From a bacterium (GTDB taxonomy: Bacteria; SAR324; NAC60-12), in assembly GCA_965205865.1 (NCBI GenBank), contig CBDBHR010000030.1:544001-608000 (forward strand): 64,000 nucleotides of DNA, in the 5' to 3' direction. The translations under genes and the position numbers were made by a program. This document shows, in pieces, positions 49,986-59,698 of this stretch. Every line of letters begins with the position of its first letter. Within the stretch, counting starts at the first letter, position 1. The notes beneath the pieces were generated by a model. The model saw only the letters and a list, made by a program, of their open reading frames with translations. It was not told where the DNA came from and did no database searches.

Positions 49986-50062
49986 GCGCTCGTAGCTCAG
50001 TTGGATAGAGCATCTGATTGCGGTTCAGAAGGTCGCAGGTTCGAATCCTGTCGGGCGCGCCA
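49986..50062 (+). tRNA. tRNA-Arg(GCG)
   Basis: GCGCTCG/CGGGCGC acceptor stem, anticodon arm TCTGA-TTGCGGT-TCAGA, CCA; 77 nt. Confidence 0.92.
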
Positions 50063-50238
50063 CTCGATTCATCTCCACTACAACCGCTTTTGAGTCCAAT
50101 ATAACGGAAAACAAACTGTATTTTCAATAAGAAATTTTCCGTGTAAAGAGCAATGAAGGACCAGCGAAAGCGACCACCCGATAAAGTGCGCAGGCAGGCA
50201 TTCCCGCCGCGGTCGTCACCCTCGAGCAGGGAAGTATC

Positions 50239-51006
50239 GTGAACAAACTCACCGCCATCATTCCTACTTTCAATGAAGAACGGAATATCGAAGACGTTAT
50301 CAAATCGCTGTCTTTTGCCGACGAAATAATGGTCGTCGACTCCTTCAGTACCGACAGGACGATCGAGATTGCCCGCCGCTATACCGACTTTATTCTACAG
50401 CGGAAATACGAGAACAGCGCCTCACAAAAAAATTGGGCCATTCCACAAGCCAACTATGACTGGATCCTGCTGGTCGACGCGGATGAACGAGTGACCCCGC
50501 AATTGAGGGATGAAATCAGAAGCGTTTTAAGGAGTGACAGTGATCCTGTCGCATTTTGGATTGGACGCAGCAATTTTTTTATGGGGAAAAAAGTACGTTT
50601 CAGCGGTTGGCAGGGAGATGGCGTTATCAGGCTATTCAGGAGGGACGAGTGTCGCTATCAGAATAAACGGGTTCATGCTGAAATTGAAACAGACGGGAAA
50701 ATCGGGTTTCTTAAAAACAAATTGAATCATTATACTTATGCCGATCTCTCCCGGTACATAAAAAAATCAAATTATTATTCCACCTGGGGAGCATACGACA
50801 GGGTCGAAAAAGTAAAGAAGGTCACTTTATATCACTTGTTGATAAAGCCCGCGGCCCGATTCTCGAGACATTATGCGTTCAGACTGGGGTTTCTGGACGG
50901 CAGAGTAGGGTTCATTATCTCCGTACTCTCGGCTCAGCAAGTTTTTATGAGAAACCTCAAATTGTGGCGGATAAAAAATGGCGAAGAATTCGATAAAAGT
51001 AAATAA
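50239..51006 (+). CDS. GT2 glycosyltransferase (WaaE/KdtX-like)
   Basis: FNEERNI, VDSFSTDRT, QKNWA, VDADE and VHAE motifs. Confidence 0.9.
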   Translation: MNKLTAIIPTFNEERNIEDVIKSLSFADEIMVVDSFSTDRTIEIARRYTDFILQRKYENSASQKNWAIPQANYDWILLVDADERVTPQLRDEIRSVLRSDSDPVAFWIGRSNFFMGKKVRFSGWQGDGVIRLFRRDECRYQNKRVHAEIETDGKIGFLKNKLNHYTYADLSRYIKKSNYYSTWGAYDRVEKVKKVTLYHLLIKPAARFSRHYAFRLGFLDGRVGFIISVLSAQQVFMRNLKLWRIKNGEEFDKSK

Positions 51007-51235
51007 TTCCGCAATCACCGAGAGCGTATAGGCGTCATCATATTTTTTTAAAAAATTCTTGATACTTCCAAAGTTGAGAGTAGCCTAACTTTTTTTCAAC
51101 ATAGAGTCGGTTGATCGTACCCGGCAATCCATGTGATTTCGATATTTGTTTGCTCTCTCGAGCTGCCGGTTCCATGAGAGTGAATCGAGAAAGGAGTCAC
51201 AATCTTTTAAATACATGCAACGAACAGGAGGAAGC

Positions 51236-52168
51236 ATGAAATTTGGTGTTCAAGTAAATTGTTATAATACGACCTGGGATGAGATCCGCAGGTCAATTGA
51301 AACGATGGAGGCGGGACGATGGAATAGTCTGTGGTTTGCCGACCACTTTCTGCCACCCATCCCGGGTTCGGTTCCAAACTCAAAAGAAGAACTCTTGACG
51401 GCGTTTGAAGGGTATACCCTGATCGCCGTAGCGGCAGGAATGACAGAAAAACTGAGGCTTGGTCATTTGGTGTTGGGCAACACGTATCGCAATCCGGCAC
51501 TGCTCGCGAAAATGGCAGCCACGTTGGACCAGGCTTGCAAGGGGCGTTTCACCTTGTCACTCGGCGCGGCCTGGTTCAAACGGGAACACGAAGCATTCGG
51601 CTGGGATTTCCCCACGATGAAGGAACGGCAGGATCGATTCCAGGAAGCGTGTGAAATGATTCGCATGCTCTTCACCGCCGATGCTCCGGTCGACTACAAC
51701 GGCGAATACTATCGACTCGACAATGCCCCGCTTTCTCCCGGTTGTTATCAACAACCGCACATTCCGATCATGGTGGGAGGCACGGGAGAACGTCGCACGT
51801 TGCGTACGTTGGCGATGTTTGGTGACGTCTTCAATCTCGATGGTTGGGCGGGTCAAGGCATGTCCATGGATGTCTTCCGACATAAGATCGGCGTATTGAA
51901 TAAACATTGCGAGAACATCGGTCGCGACCCGGCGGAAATCAAACACACCCTGCTTTGTCCATTGCAGGTCACGGAGGACCAGGCCTCCGAGGAAGCCTTC
52001 CAAAAACGATGGGGGCCCGGAGCGATGTGCGGGTCTCGAAGCCATGTCGTCGATCGCATCGGTCAGTTCGTGGAGGAAGGTGTCGACGAGATTATATTTG
52101 GCCATCTTCCCACCGGCAACGTGGAAGCTTATCAGCGGGTGGAAGAAGAAATCGTTGCGGTCTTCTGA
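51236..52168 (+). CDS. LLM-class flavin-dependent oxidoreductase
   Basis: WFADHF, LGNTYRNPALLAKMAATLD and PIMVGGTGE. Confidence 0.9.
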   Translation: MKFGVQVNCYNTTWDEIRRSIETMEAGRWNSLWFADHFLPPIPGSVPNSKEELLTAFEGYTLIAVAAGMTEKLRLGHLVLGNTYRNPALLAKMAATLDQACKGRFTLSLGAAWFKREHEAFGWDFPTMKERQDRFQEACEMIRMLFTADAPVDYNGEYYRLDNAPLSPGCYQQPHIPIMVGGTGERRTLRTLAMFGDVFNLDGWAGQGMSMDVFRHKIGVLNKHCENIGRDPAEIKHTLLCPLQVTEDQASEEAFQKRWGPGAMCGSRSHVVDRIGQFVEEGVDEIIFGHLPTGNVEAYQRVEEEIVAVF

Positions 52169-52189
52169 GCGATTGCCGGCGTAATCAGA

Positions 52190-53380
52190 TTAAAAAAAGG
52201 CGTGTCTCCCAGGTGGATGGGCGAGGATGGCTTCTTCATTCAAATCAGTGCCCCAACCGGGGCCTGTGGGTATATGAAATTGTCCGTCCTCGATCAGCGG
52301 AACGTTGGTGACGATGTCATCCTTCCAGGGCACGTCGTCGATATCGATTTCCATAATACGAAAATTCGGTACTGCGGCGCATAAATGGGCACTCGTGATG
52401 GAAGAAAGGTGCCCATAAAAATTGTGGGGGGCCACGTTGATTTCGTAGGCCTCCGCCAGTGCGGCAATTTTGAGCGATTGCCAGATTCCATTCCAGCTGA
52501 CGTCGATGATGGCGACGTCCATCGCGTAATGTTCAAAATAGGGTTTGAAACCTCGCAATCCATACAAGGACTCGCAAGAAGCAATCGGGGTTCGCACCGC
52601 GTCTCGAATCATTCTCAAAGAGGGGGGATCGAAGAGATCTATTTCGAACCAGGTCAGTCCGAGATCATCGAGAGCATGCGCCACTTGTAAATAACCTTCC
52701 GTCTTGAAATTGAAATTCAAATCGAGGTGAATGCCCAAATCCGGCCCTGCCCCTTCTCGCAGGGCGAGGAGTTGCTCCCTCAGTCCATCGATGATTGCTT
52801 TGTCCGCGTTCAGTTCAGGCCAGCCCGGCGTTTTCGAGAAACCCGCTCCATACACTGTGGGTGAGTCGCCCAGAATAAAGATATTGGTTTTCAAAGCCTT
52901 GAATCCTTTTTCGCGCACCTCCCGAGCCAACGAAATCAAATCTTGCATGCTTCGTACCGGGGGTTTTCCTACTGCGGCAGCCGATTGTTCTCTGATGCGG
53001 GTCGTGCCGCAATGAGACCAATAGAGTGGTAAACGATCCCGCACGGCTCCCCCCAGCAGTTCATAAACAGGGACGCCGAGTGACCGCGCCTTGATGTCGA
53101 GCAGGGCATTTTCGATGGCGGCGATTGCTTGCCGGTTGACGCCTCCCGGCGCCTGCCGGGTCAGGGAATACAATTGCTGGCTCAGGCTTTCATGGGCGCA
53201 TGGGTCGCTTCCCAGAATGATATGAGCCAATCGTTCAATGACCCCGCTCAGTCCGGGGCTGCCATAGCCTTCGTTGTATTCGGAAATGCCGGTCAAGCCT
53301 TCGTCGGTGGTCAGTTTCAAAAATGAAAACGTTCGCCATCCCGCGTCACAATGCAATGTTCGATAACCAGTGAGTTTCAT
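52190..53380 (-). CDS. Mandelate racemase / muconate-lactonizing enzyme family
   Basis: AIENALLDIKARSLGVPVYELLGG, KALKT, APHN and PGWG. Confidence 0.9.
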   Translation of the reverse strand: MKLTGYRTLHCDAGWRTFSFLKLTTDEGLTGISEYNEGYGSPGLSGVIERLAHIILGSDPCAHESLSQQLYSLTRQAPGGVNRQAIAAIENALLDIKARSLGVPVYELLGGAVRDRLPLYWSHCGTTRIREQSAAAVGKPPVRSMQDLISLAREVREKGFKALKTNIFILGDSPTVYGAGFSKTPGWPELNADKAIIDGLREQLLALREGAGPDLGIHLDLNFNFKTEGYLQVAHALDDLGLTWFEIDLFDPPSLRMIRDAVRTPIASCESLYGLRGFKPYFEHYAMDVAIIDVSWNGIWQSLKIAALAEAYEINVAPHNFYGHLSSITSAHLCAAVPNFRIMEIDIDDVPWKDDIVTNVPLIEDGQFHIPTGPGWGTDLNEEAILAHPPGRHAFF

Positions 53381-53454
53381 GGATATGCCTCCTTGTTCGA
53401 GAATTCATCAGGAACCCGCTTTACGCAGGATTCATAGAAGTAAGGTGAGTCGAA

Positions 53455-54810
53455 TTATTTTTCCAAAAGCCTTTCCGCCATAAAGACGACAGGATGGATA
53501 ACCCGCAGGGGAAAGTCCCGGGACTGAATACCTGCCCGGATTTGGAAGAGACATCCCGGATTTCCGGTGACCAAGGTGCGAGCTTCGGGAAAACGGGCGA
53601 TGCTTGCTGCCACCGAATCCAATTTGCGGGCAAGAACGGCATTGGCCAATTCCGGTTGCGTTAAATTATAGATACCTGCGGAACCGCAACACCAGTCGGA
53701 TTCGCTGAGAGAATGCAGGGTGACGCCGGGAAGACGGTTCAGCAGTTTTTGAGGATTTTTATTGATCCCCTGAGCATGTTGCAAATGGCAGGGCGCGTCA
53801 TAGAAAATCACCTCCTCGTCCCGTTTCCAGGGAAGGTTTTTGACAAAATCGGGAACCCGGGATAAAAATTCGAGGATATCGATCGCCTTGCTTTGCAAGG
53901 TCTGCCAATCTTGTTGGGGAGCGGCATCTTTTTGCGCAAACAAGTGATGGTACTCTTTCAATTGGGCGCCGCATCCGGCCGCATTGGTGATGATGGCATC
54001 CCAGGGCTTATTTCCGAAAACGGCAAGATTTTGCCTGGCCAAACGGCGGGCTGTCTGGCGGTCACCACTATGGACGTGCAGGGCGCCGCAGCAGGTTTGT
54101 TCCTTGGAGACAACCACTTCACAACCGGCGGCCCGCAGCAAATTCAAGCTTGCTTCATGCGTGGCTACTTCGGAAACGTCCATGATGCAGCCCGTAAAAA
54201 ATCCCACCTGAAAGCGAGTTTTCTGGCGGTGGCTTGGTGCCAGAGAACCTTTGGCGGCATATTTCAATTTGAAGGAACTGCCCGAGAATTGTGGCAACAT
54301 GCTCTGCGCGCTGACGAGGCGCCGGGGGAGTATCTTGCGCAGGACCCTGTGGGTAATAAGCCGGGGTATCCCCGAGCTGATGTAAATTTTCATGATCACG
54401 CTGACCGACCGCAACAATCCGGTCGAGATCAAAAGATGCTTCAAAAACACTTTACGCAACAATCTTTCCTTGAAACTCTGAGATACCTTCTCCTGGATGA
54501 TCCCCCGCGTCTTTTCCAACAATTCCCCGTAGCGCACATTTGAGGGACAAGCGCTTTCACATGCCCGGCAATCCAGACAGCGGCTCAAAGGGGCGATCAC
54601 GTCTTCATTCAATTCAAGTTCGTTTTGCCAGAGTCCTCGCATGAGAAACAGCCTCCCCCGCGGAGAATCCTGTTCCATTCCCAGTTCGCGATAGGTGGGG
54701 CAGACGTCCAGGCACAAACCACAATGCACGCACGAAAGGATGCCATCGAAGTCAACATTTTCAAATAAGAACGGACGGTTCCGCTCACTGCGGAGGGGCA
54801 AATCGCTCAT
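53455..54810 (-). CDS. glcF: Glycolate oxidase iron-sulfur subunit
   Basis: CVHCGLCLDVCP and CLDCRACESACP, plus two CCG domains. Confidence 0.9.
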   Translation of the reverse strand: MSDLPLRSERNRPFLFENVDFDGILSCVHCGLCLDVCPTYRELGMEQDSPRGRLFLMRGLWQNELELNEDVIAPLSRCLDCRACESACPSNVRYGELLEKTRGIIQEKVSQSFKERLLRKVFLKHLLISTGLLRSVSVIMKIYISSGIPRLITHRVLRKILPRRLVSAQSMLPQFSGSSFKLKYAAKGSLAPSHRQKTRFQVGFFTGCIMDVSEVATHEASLNLLRAAGCEVVVSKEQTCCGALHVHSGDRQTARRLARQNLAVFGNKPWDAIITNAAGCGAQLKEYHHLFAQKDAAPQQDWQTLQSKAIDILEFLSRVPDFVKNLPWKRDEEVIFYDAPCHLQHAQGINKNPQKLLNRLPGVTLHSLSESDWCCGSAGIYNLTQPELANAVLARKLDSVAASIARFPEARTLVTGNPGCLFQIRAGIQSRDFPLRVIHPVVFMAERLLEK

Positions 54811-56084
54811 AGGGATTTTCCTTCGTCGAGTTCATAAAAAGGCGCGTGAAATACGGCGGCAGGATCCAATTTCCGTTTGAGGGATTTCATCAGCGAGTAG
54901 GCTTTCGGGATCGCAAACCCCTCCAGATACTCATTACCCAAGCCCGGGGCCGAATTGATCAAAGAGAGGGTTGCCGACGTATCTTCCAGCTGATTTTTTA
55001 CGGTAGTGAGCAGTTTTTTTTGGAATTCCACTGATTCATTCCGGTGGATCAAATGAAAATCACCTCCGATAGGATGGACAATCGCGCAGGGGCGCCCCTC
55101 GTGGGAGCCCACCAAGGTGTGGAGGCCCACGAGGGGCGCCCCTCCTTTCGTTTGATCGAGCATTTCCGCGGTGGAAACTACGCCATAGAGATGGAGATAA
55201 GCGTTTCCCAGTCGCAGGGGCCTCAAGACGTCCGGGAGAAATCCGAAAAATCGTTGCTGTCCGGGAAGGACTGCCAGGTTTCCCGGCGTTTTTCCTTCCG
55301 GCAGGACTTCGCAATTCCCGGAAAAAATAGCGCGCAAATCTTTTTCAATGCGTTTTTGTCGTACGTCGATACCTGAAAAACCTATTCCGACAACCCAGTC
55401 TGCCGATCCGGTTGAGATTGCTTCCACCCAATCAAGCGGGATCATTTGTTCTTGAAGCTCTTTTACTTTTGCGAGCCATTGGTTGTTCGTGAAGCTAAAA
55501 TAGAGCGCCGAAGCGCCGGGGGGTCGAGGCAGGACTTTGAAATTGACGGCGGTGATGACTCCCAAGCCTCCCCGGCTGCCGAGCATCATCCTGCTGAGAT
55601 CGTAACCGGTCACGTTCTTCACGACACGCCCCCCTGCTTTCACCAGTTCACCTTTACCATTGACGTATTCGATGCCGATAATCGAGTCGCGCAAACCACC
55701 GCCATTCATGCGATTGGCGCCTGAATCATTGCATGCCACGATACTGCCGATGGTGGAATTGGGATACCAGGGGTTGAAGGGGAGAAACATTTTTTTTTGA
55801 TTGATGAGGGATTGCAGGTCCCGGGCGCGCATGCCTGCTTGCACGCCAATCACCATATCATCCGCATCAAAAAAAAGAATTTCTTTGAGATTGCGGGTCG
55901 ACAAGACGTCCAGGTCGTTCTCGGAGCAGCGCGAATTCGAACCGCGAATGACAAAAGGCCGGTTTTGTTGGATGCGATTGTCGACCCATGCCTGCAGGTT
56001 GGCTGATTTTCGGGGAGAATAGGTTTTGTTCAGATTCACGCATGCACTCCGCTTTTGGCCTGAACGAACTTGGTCTCCATGCAT
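54807..56084 (-). CDS. glcE: Glycolate oxidase FAD-binding subunit
   Basis: GGRVVKNVTGYDL; located between glcD and glcF; start uncertain. Confidence 0.82.
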   Translation of the reverse strand: MHGDQVRSGQKRSACVNLNKTYSPRKSANLQAWVDNRIQQNRPFVIRGSNSRCSENDLDVLSTRNLKEILFFDADDMVIGVQAGMRARDLQSLINQKKMFLPFNPWYPNSTIGSIVACNDSGANRMNGGGLRDSIIGIEYVNGKGELVKAGGRVVKNVTGYDLSRMMLGSRGGLGVITAVNFKVLPRPPGASALYFSFTNNQWLAKVKELQEQMIPLDWVEAISTGSADWVVGIGFSGIDVRQKRIEKDLRAIFSGNCEVLPEGKTPGNLAVLPGQQRFFGFLPDVLRPLRLGNAYLHLYGVVSTAEMLDQTKGGAPLVGLHTLVGSHEGRPCAIVHPIGGDFHLIHRNESVEFQKKLLTTVKNQLEDTSATLSLINSAPGLGNEYLEGFAIPKAYSLMKSLKRKLDPAAVFHAPFYELDEGKSL

Positions 56085-57472
56085 TTACCGGGAGTGGGAA
56101 AGATTTTTCCGGGGTTGAGGAGGTTGAGCGGATTGAAGAAAGTACGAACCCAGGTCATGTTGTTCAGATCCGTTTCTGAAAACACCTGTGACATCATTTC
56201 TATTTTTTCCAGACCAATGCCATGCTCTCCCGACAAGGATCCTCCCAGCGAAGCGCAGATATTCAGAATTTCCCGCCCGGCTTTATCCGCGTTTTTGATT
56301 TCTTGCGGTTCCTTGTAATCGTACAAAATGAGAGGGTGCAGATTGCCATCGCCCGCATGGAAGACGTTGGCGATGGTCAAATCGTATTTCCGACCTATGG
56401 CCAGGACTTGCTCCAGCACCTCGGGCAGGGCGCTGCGGGGAATGACGCCATCTTGCACGTAGTAACTCGGAGAAATGTTGCCAATTGCGCCAAATGCCTC
56501 TTTTCTCGCTCTCCAGATCAATGCGCGTTCCTCTTCACTTTGCGCACGCCGGACGTCCGTGGCATTGTTGTCCTGCAGGACTTTGGCAACCCGGAAGGCT
56601 TCCTCTTCTATGCCCTCCTGCAGATCTTCCAATTCCACTAACAGGACGGCTTCCGCATCGAGAGGGAAACCGGGAGCGATCGATTTTTCAACGGCCTGGA
56701 TGACCACGTTGTCAATCATTTCCATGGCGGCGGGAATGATACCTTGCCGAATCGTGCCGGAGACTGCTTGACAAGCATCCCGGACGGAAGAAAAGACGCC
56801 AAGGAGAGTTATTACTTTTTCCGGAAGCGGCGTCAGACGGCAAATGACCTTGGTGACGATCCCGAAGGTACCTTCCGACCCAACAAAGAGTCCCAGCAGG
56901 TCCGGTCCGGGGGCGCCCCAGTGTTTGCCACCCAATTCGACCACTTCCCCGTTGGGAAGCACCGCCTCGATTCCCAAAACATGGTTGACGGTTACTCCGT
57001 ACTTGAGGGTATGCGGTCCTCCCGAGTTTTCCGCGACGTTGCCTCCCACCGTACAAGCTTTCTGAGAAGAAGGGTCCGGCACGTAATAATAGCCGTTGGG
57101 TTTGACATGTTCCGAAATTTTCAAATTGACCACCCCGGGACCGACACTGATGGAACGATTGAGAAAATCGATCTCATGGATTTGACGGAAACGAAACATT
57201 TCGAGGATCACGCTTTCTTCTTTGGGAATTGCGCCACCGGACAAACCCGTACCGGCCCCTCGCGGCAGGAAGCTGATACGATTGCCGTGCAACAACTTGA
57301 CGACGGCCACCAATTCTTGCCGGTTTCCGGGAAAAACCACGCCCATCGGCATTCCGGAATACAGAGTCAGCGCGTCCGATTTGTAGGTATATAAGGTGAC
57401 CGGGTCGTCTTTGACCCATTGCGCGCCCAAAATTTCGACCAGCGCCTTCTTTATCTTTTGATCAAATGCCAT
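56036..57472 (-). CDS. glcD: Glycolate oxidase subunit D
   Basis: PRGAGTGLSGG, PDPSSQKACTVGGN, HAGDGNLHP and GEHGIG. Confidence 0.92.
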   Translation of the reverse strand: MAFDQKIKKALVEILGAQWVKDDPVTLYTYKSDALTLYSGMPMGVVFPGNRQELVAVVKLLHGNRISFLPRGAGTGLSGGAIPKEESVILEMFRFRQIHEIDFLNRSISVGPGVVNLKISEHVKPNGYYYVPDPSSQKACTVGGNVAENSGGPHTLKYGVTVNHVLGIEAVLPNGEVVELGGKHWGAPGPDLLGLFVGSEGTFGIVTKVICRLTPLPEKVITLLGVFSSVRDACQAVSGTIRQGIIPAAMEMIDNVVIQAVEKSIAPGFPLDAEAVLLVELEDLQEGIEEEAFRVAKVLQDNNATDVRRAQSEEERALIWRARKEAFGAIGNISPSYYVQDGVIPRSALPEVLEQVLAIGRKYDLTIANVFHAGDGNLHPLILYDYKEPQEIKNADKAGREILNICASLGGSLSGEHGIGLEKIEMMSQVFSETDLNNMTWVRTFFNPLNLLNPGKIFPTPGKCMETKFVQAKSGVHA

Positions 57473-57556
57473 TTTTTCGTTCTCTTTGTTGGTAACAGTC
57501 GATGCACTTTTAAAATTGAAATCAGATTTACAGTAAATCTCGACTTTAGTCAAAAT

Positions 57557-58522
57557 TTAAGTGACCACGCGCAACTCCGGATTGATATTCCAACAGGCCA
57601 CTTTATGGCGGGAAAAATTTTCAAGCAGAGCAGGGGGATTCTGTTGACAAATGTTTTGGCGCAGGCTGCAACGGGAATAAAATCCACACCCTTTTGGCAA
57701 GTCCAGGGGGGAGGGTATTTCTCCCTGCAGAATTTTCAGTCCCATCGCTTTTTTGGCGAGGGTGGGCATACTTTGCAACAAGGCATGGGTGTATGGATGC
57801 TGAGCTCGGGAGCGAAGCGTTTTTTCCGGCAATTCTTCAACAATTTTTCCCAAGTACATGACGAGGATACGGTCACAAAAAAAATCCACGATTTCCAAGT
57901 CGTGGGAAATGAAAAGGAGACTTAGCTGGTGGTGCTGCTGCAGATCTTTCAATAAATTGAGAATCTGGGCTTGAATGGAAACATCCAGGGCGGAAACGGG
58001 TTCATCGGCAATCAACAATGTTGGTTTCGCACTGAGAGCGCGGGCGATTGCAATCCTCTGGCGTTGTCCGCCACTGAATTCATGGGGATATTTTTTCAGG
58101 GCGCTTTGGGGCAAGCCAACTTCCTCCAGCAGCGTTTTGCAAACCGTGGTCACGTCACTCGAGGGTTGATGCATGCGGATCATTTCGCTCAGAAGCGCCG
58201 CGACTGTCATTTTGGGATTGAGAGATGAAAAAGGATCCTGGAAGACCATCTGAACCCGGTGGTAATAACGCCGGCGTGGATAGCGGCGGATGGCGACCTC
58301 ATCCAGTTGGATTCGACCTGCCGAAGGTTCCAAAATTCTCATAATCAAGCGGGCCAGGGTGGATTTGCCACATCCCGATTCTCCCACGATACCCAGAATT
58401 TCGCCTGCTTCCAATTCGAAAGAAATCCCATTCACCACTGCCGCCCGGCTGGTTTCCCTCAACAAGACGCCGCTATGAATGGGAAAATGTTTGTAGAGAT
58501 CGTCGACTTTCAGTAGGGCCAT
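57557..58522 (-). CDS. Oligopeptide/dipeptide ABC transporter ATP-binding subunit (OppF/DppF-like)
   Basis: GESGCGKST, FSGGQRQR, ADEPVSALDVS, HPYT and Cys-rich C-terminus. Confidence 0.92.
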   Translation of the reverse strand: MALLKVDDLYKHFPIHSGVLLRETSRAAVVNGISFELEAGEILGIVGESGCGKSTLARLIMRILEPSAGRIQLDEVAIRRYPRRRYYHRVQMVFQDPFSSLNPKMTVAALLSEMIRMHQPSSDVTTVCKTLLEEVGLPQSALKKYPHEFSGGQRQRIAIARALSAKPTLLIADEPVSALDVSIQAQILNLLKDLQQHHQLSLLFISHDLEIVDFFCDRILVMYLGKIVEELPEKTLRSRAQHPYTHALLQSMPTLAKKAMGLKILQGEIPSPLDLPKGCGFYSRCSLRQNICQQNPPALLENFSRHKVACWNINPELRVVT

Positions 58523-58584
58523 ATTTCTCGAGTGGAAACGGTATTGGCGGAATCATCTCCGATTTTCCGCAAGCTGCATGAAAG

Positions 58585-59028
58585 CTACCATCCTTTTTCA
58601 CCCTGACAGACGATTCTATTTTTACGAATGCGAAAAGCCCGTGCGACGACACGCTCATCGAGGAAGGCGAAACGCTCCGCTTTCAAGGGAATTCCAAAGC
58701 TCCCGTCAGAACGCAAAATGACGCGGGTATTGGGAGCGGTAAAAAAGGTTTGCATGCCATAATCATGCAAGGGCCGCGAAGGATCAATCCCTTTCTCGGG
58801 AACGATGCTTTCACCGGTTCGCAGGACACAGACGAAGCGATCTTCATCACCCACCGAATGACTTTTAAGCCGGAAGTCGGTAACAAGCTTGTGCACCAGC
58901 CTCCTGCGATAGGAATTCATCGGTTGAAATTCCAGCATTTCTTCGTCGGATTCAATAAATTCTTTGAGATCCTGATAAACCGAATTTAAAAATTCTTGAT
59001 CTTCTTTGGTCAGTGGATTGTCCATCAT
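58585..59028 (-). CDS. R3H domain protein
   Basis: PMNSYRRRLVH...SHSVGDEDRFV. Confidence 0.8.
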   Translation of the reverse strand: MMDNPLTKEDQEFLNSVYQDLKEFIESDEEMLEFQPMNSYRRRLVHKLVTDFRLKSHSVGDEDRFVCVLRTGESIVPEKGIDPSRPLHDYGMQTFFTAPNTRVILRSDGSFGIPLKAERFAFLDERVVARAFRIRKNRIVCQGEKGW

Positions 59029-59203
59029 GGGGAATATTTAGAACGGCGATTTTTAGATTGAAATTCGGGTTCCGCGTGGCACTTTTTGTTTACGAAAATC
59101 CGCATTGCATAAGATTCATACAGGCGACGTCATTGAAAATATAATGAGAGCGGAATGAACACGCAAGCGAATATTGAAGCGGGCATTATGGGGAAGTCGG
59201 TAA

Positions 59204-59698
59204 TCAGGATTTGAAATAGTGGAGAAGGCGATGGATTCCAATGAGGAGCAGGCCTATCAGGGGGATTGCGTACCAGAAGGTGAGCTCAAACTCCAGGCGG
59301 AAAGCAAATCCCAAAAGGAGCAGGCTGCCACCAAAAACCCATCCCAGGCGCATCAGGTGACGACGGATCAAAAGGGATTTATGGTGAAAATCGTCTGTTG
59401 ATTCAAGCCACAGGTAAAATCGTTGCAAATCCCAAACGGCCAGAGCCGCGATCATGCCTGCTATAAAATACATTTCCCCCGCGCTTCGTAAGACCCCTGC
59501 AAGGGAGACCAGGACCAATAACAGCAAACAGAAATTTCCCACCCAAGGGCGATTGGAGTGAACTCCCCAACCCCAAAATGCCCCGAGAGACAGTAGGCAG
59601 AACAGACCTCTGCTTCCCCAAACAGTGGCAGCCCCGATTCCCACCCAGCCAGATAGCAGGATGATCAAAAACAAAATATGGTATCTGTTGAAATTCAT
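59204..59698 (-). CDS. Hypothetical membrane protein
   Basis: Several hydrophobic segments; translationally coupled to the DUF58 gene. Confidence 0.65.
   Translation of the reverse strand: MNFNRYHILFLIILLSGWVGIGAATVWGSRGLFCLLSLGAFWGWGVHSNRPWVGNFCLLLLVLVSLAGVLRSAGEMYFIAGMIAALAVWDLQRFYLWLESTDDFHHKSLLIRRHLMRLGWVFGGSLLLLGFAFRLEFELTFWYAIPLIGLLLIGIHRLLHYFKS

Noticed and set aside
49779-50240. tRNA-anchored prophage or genomic island
   Set aside because: No integrase and no duplicated tRNA 3' end in the window.
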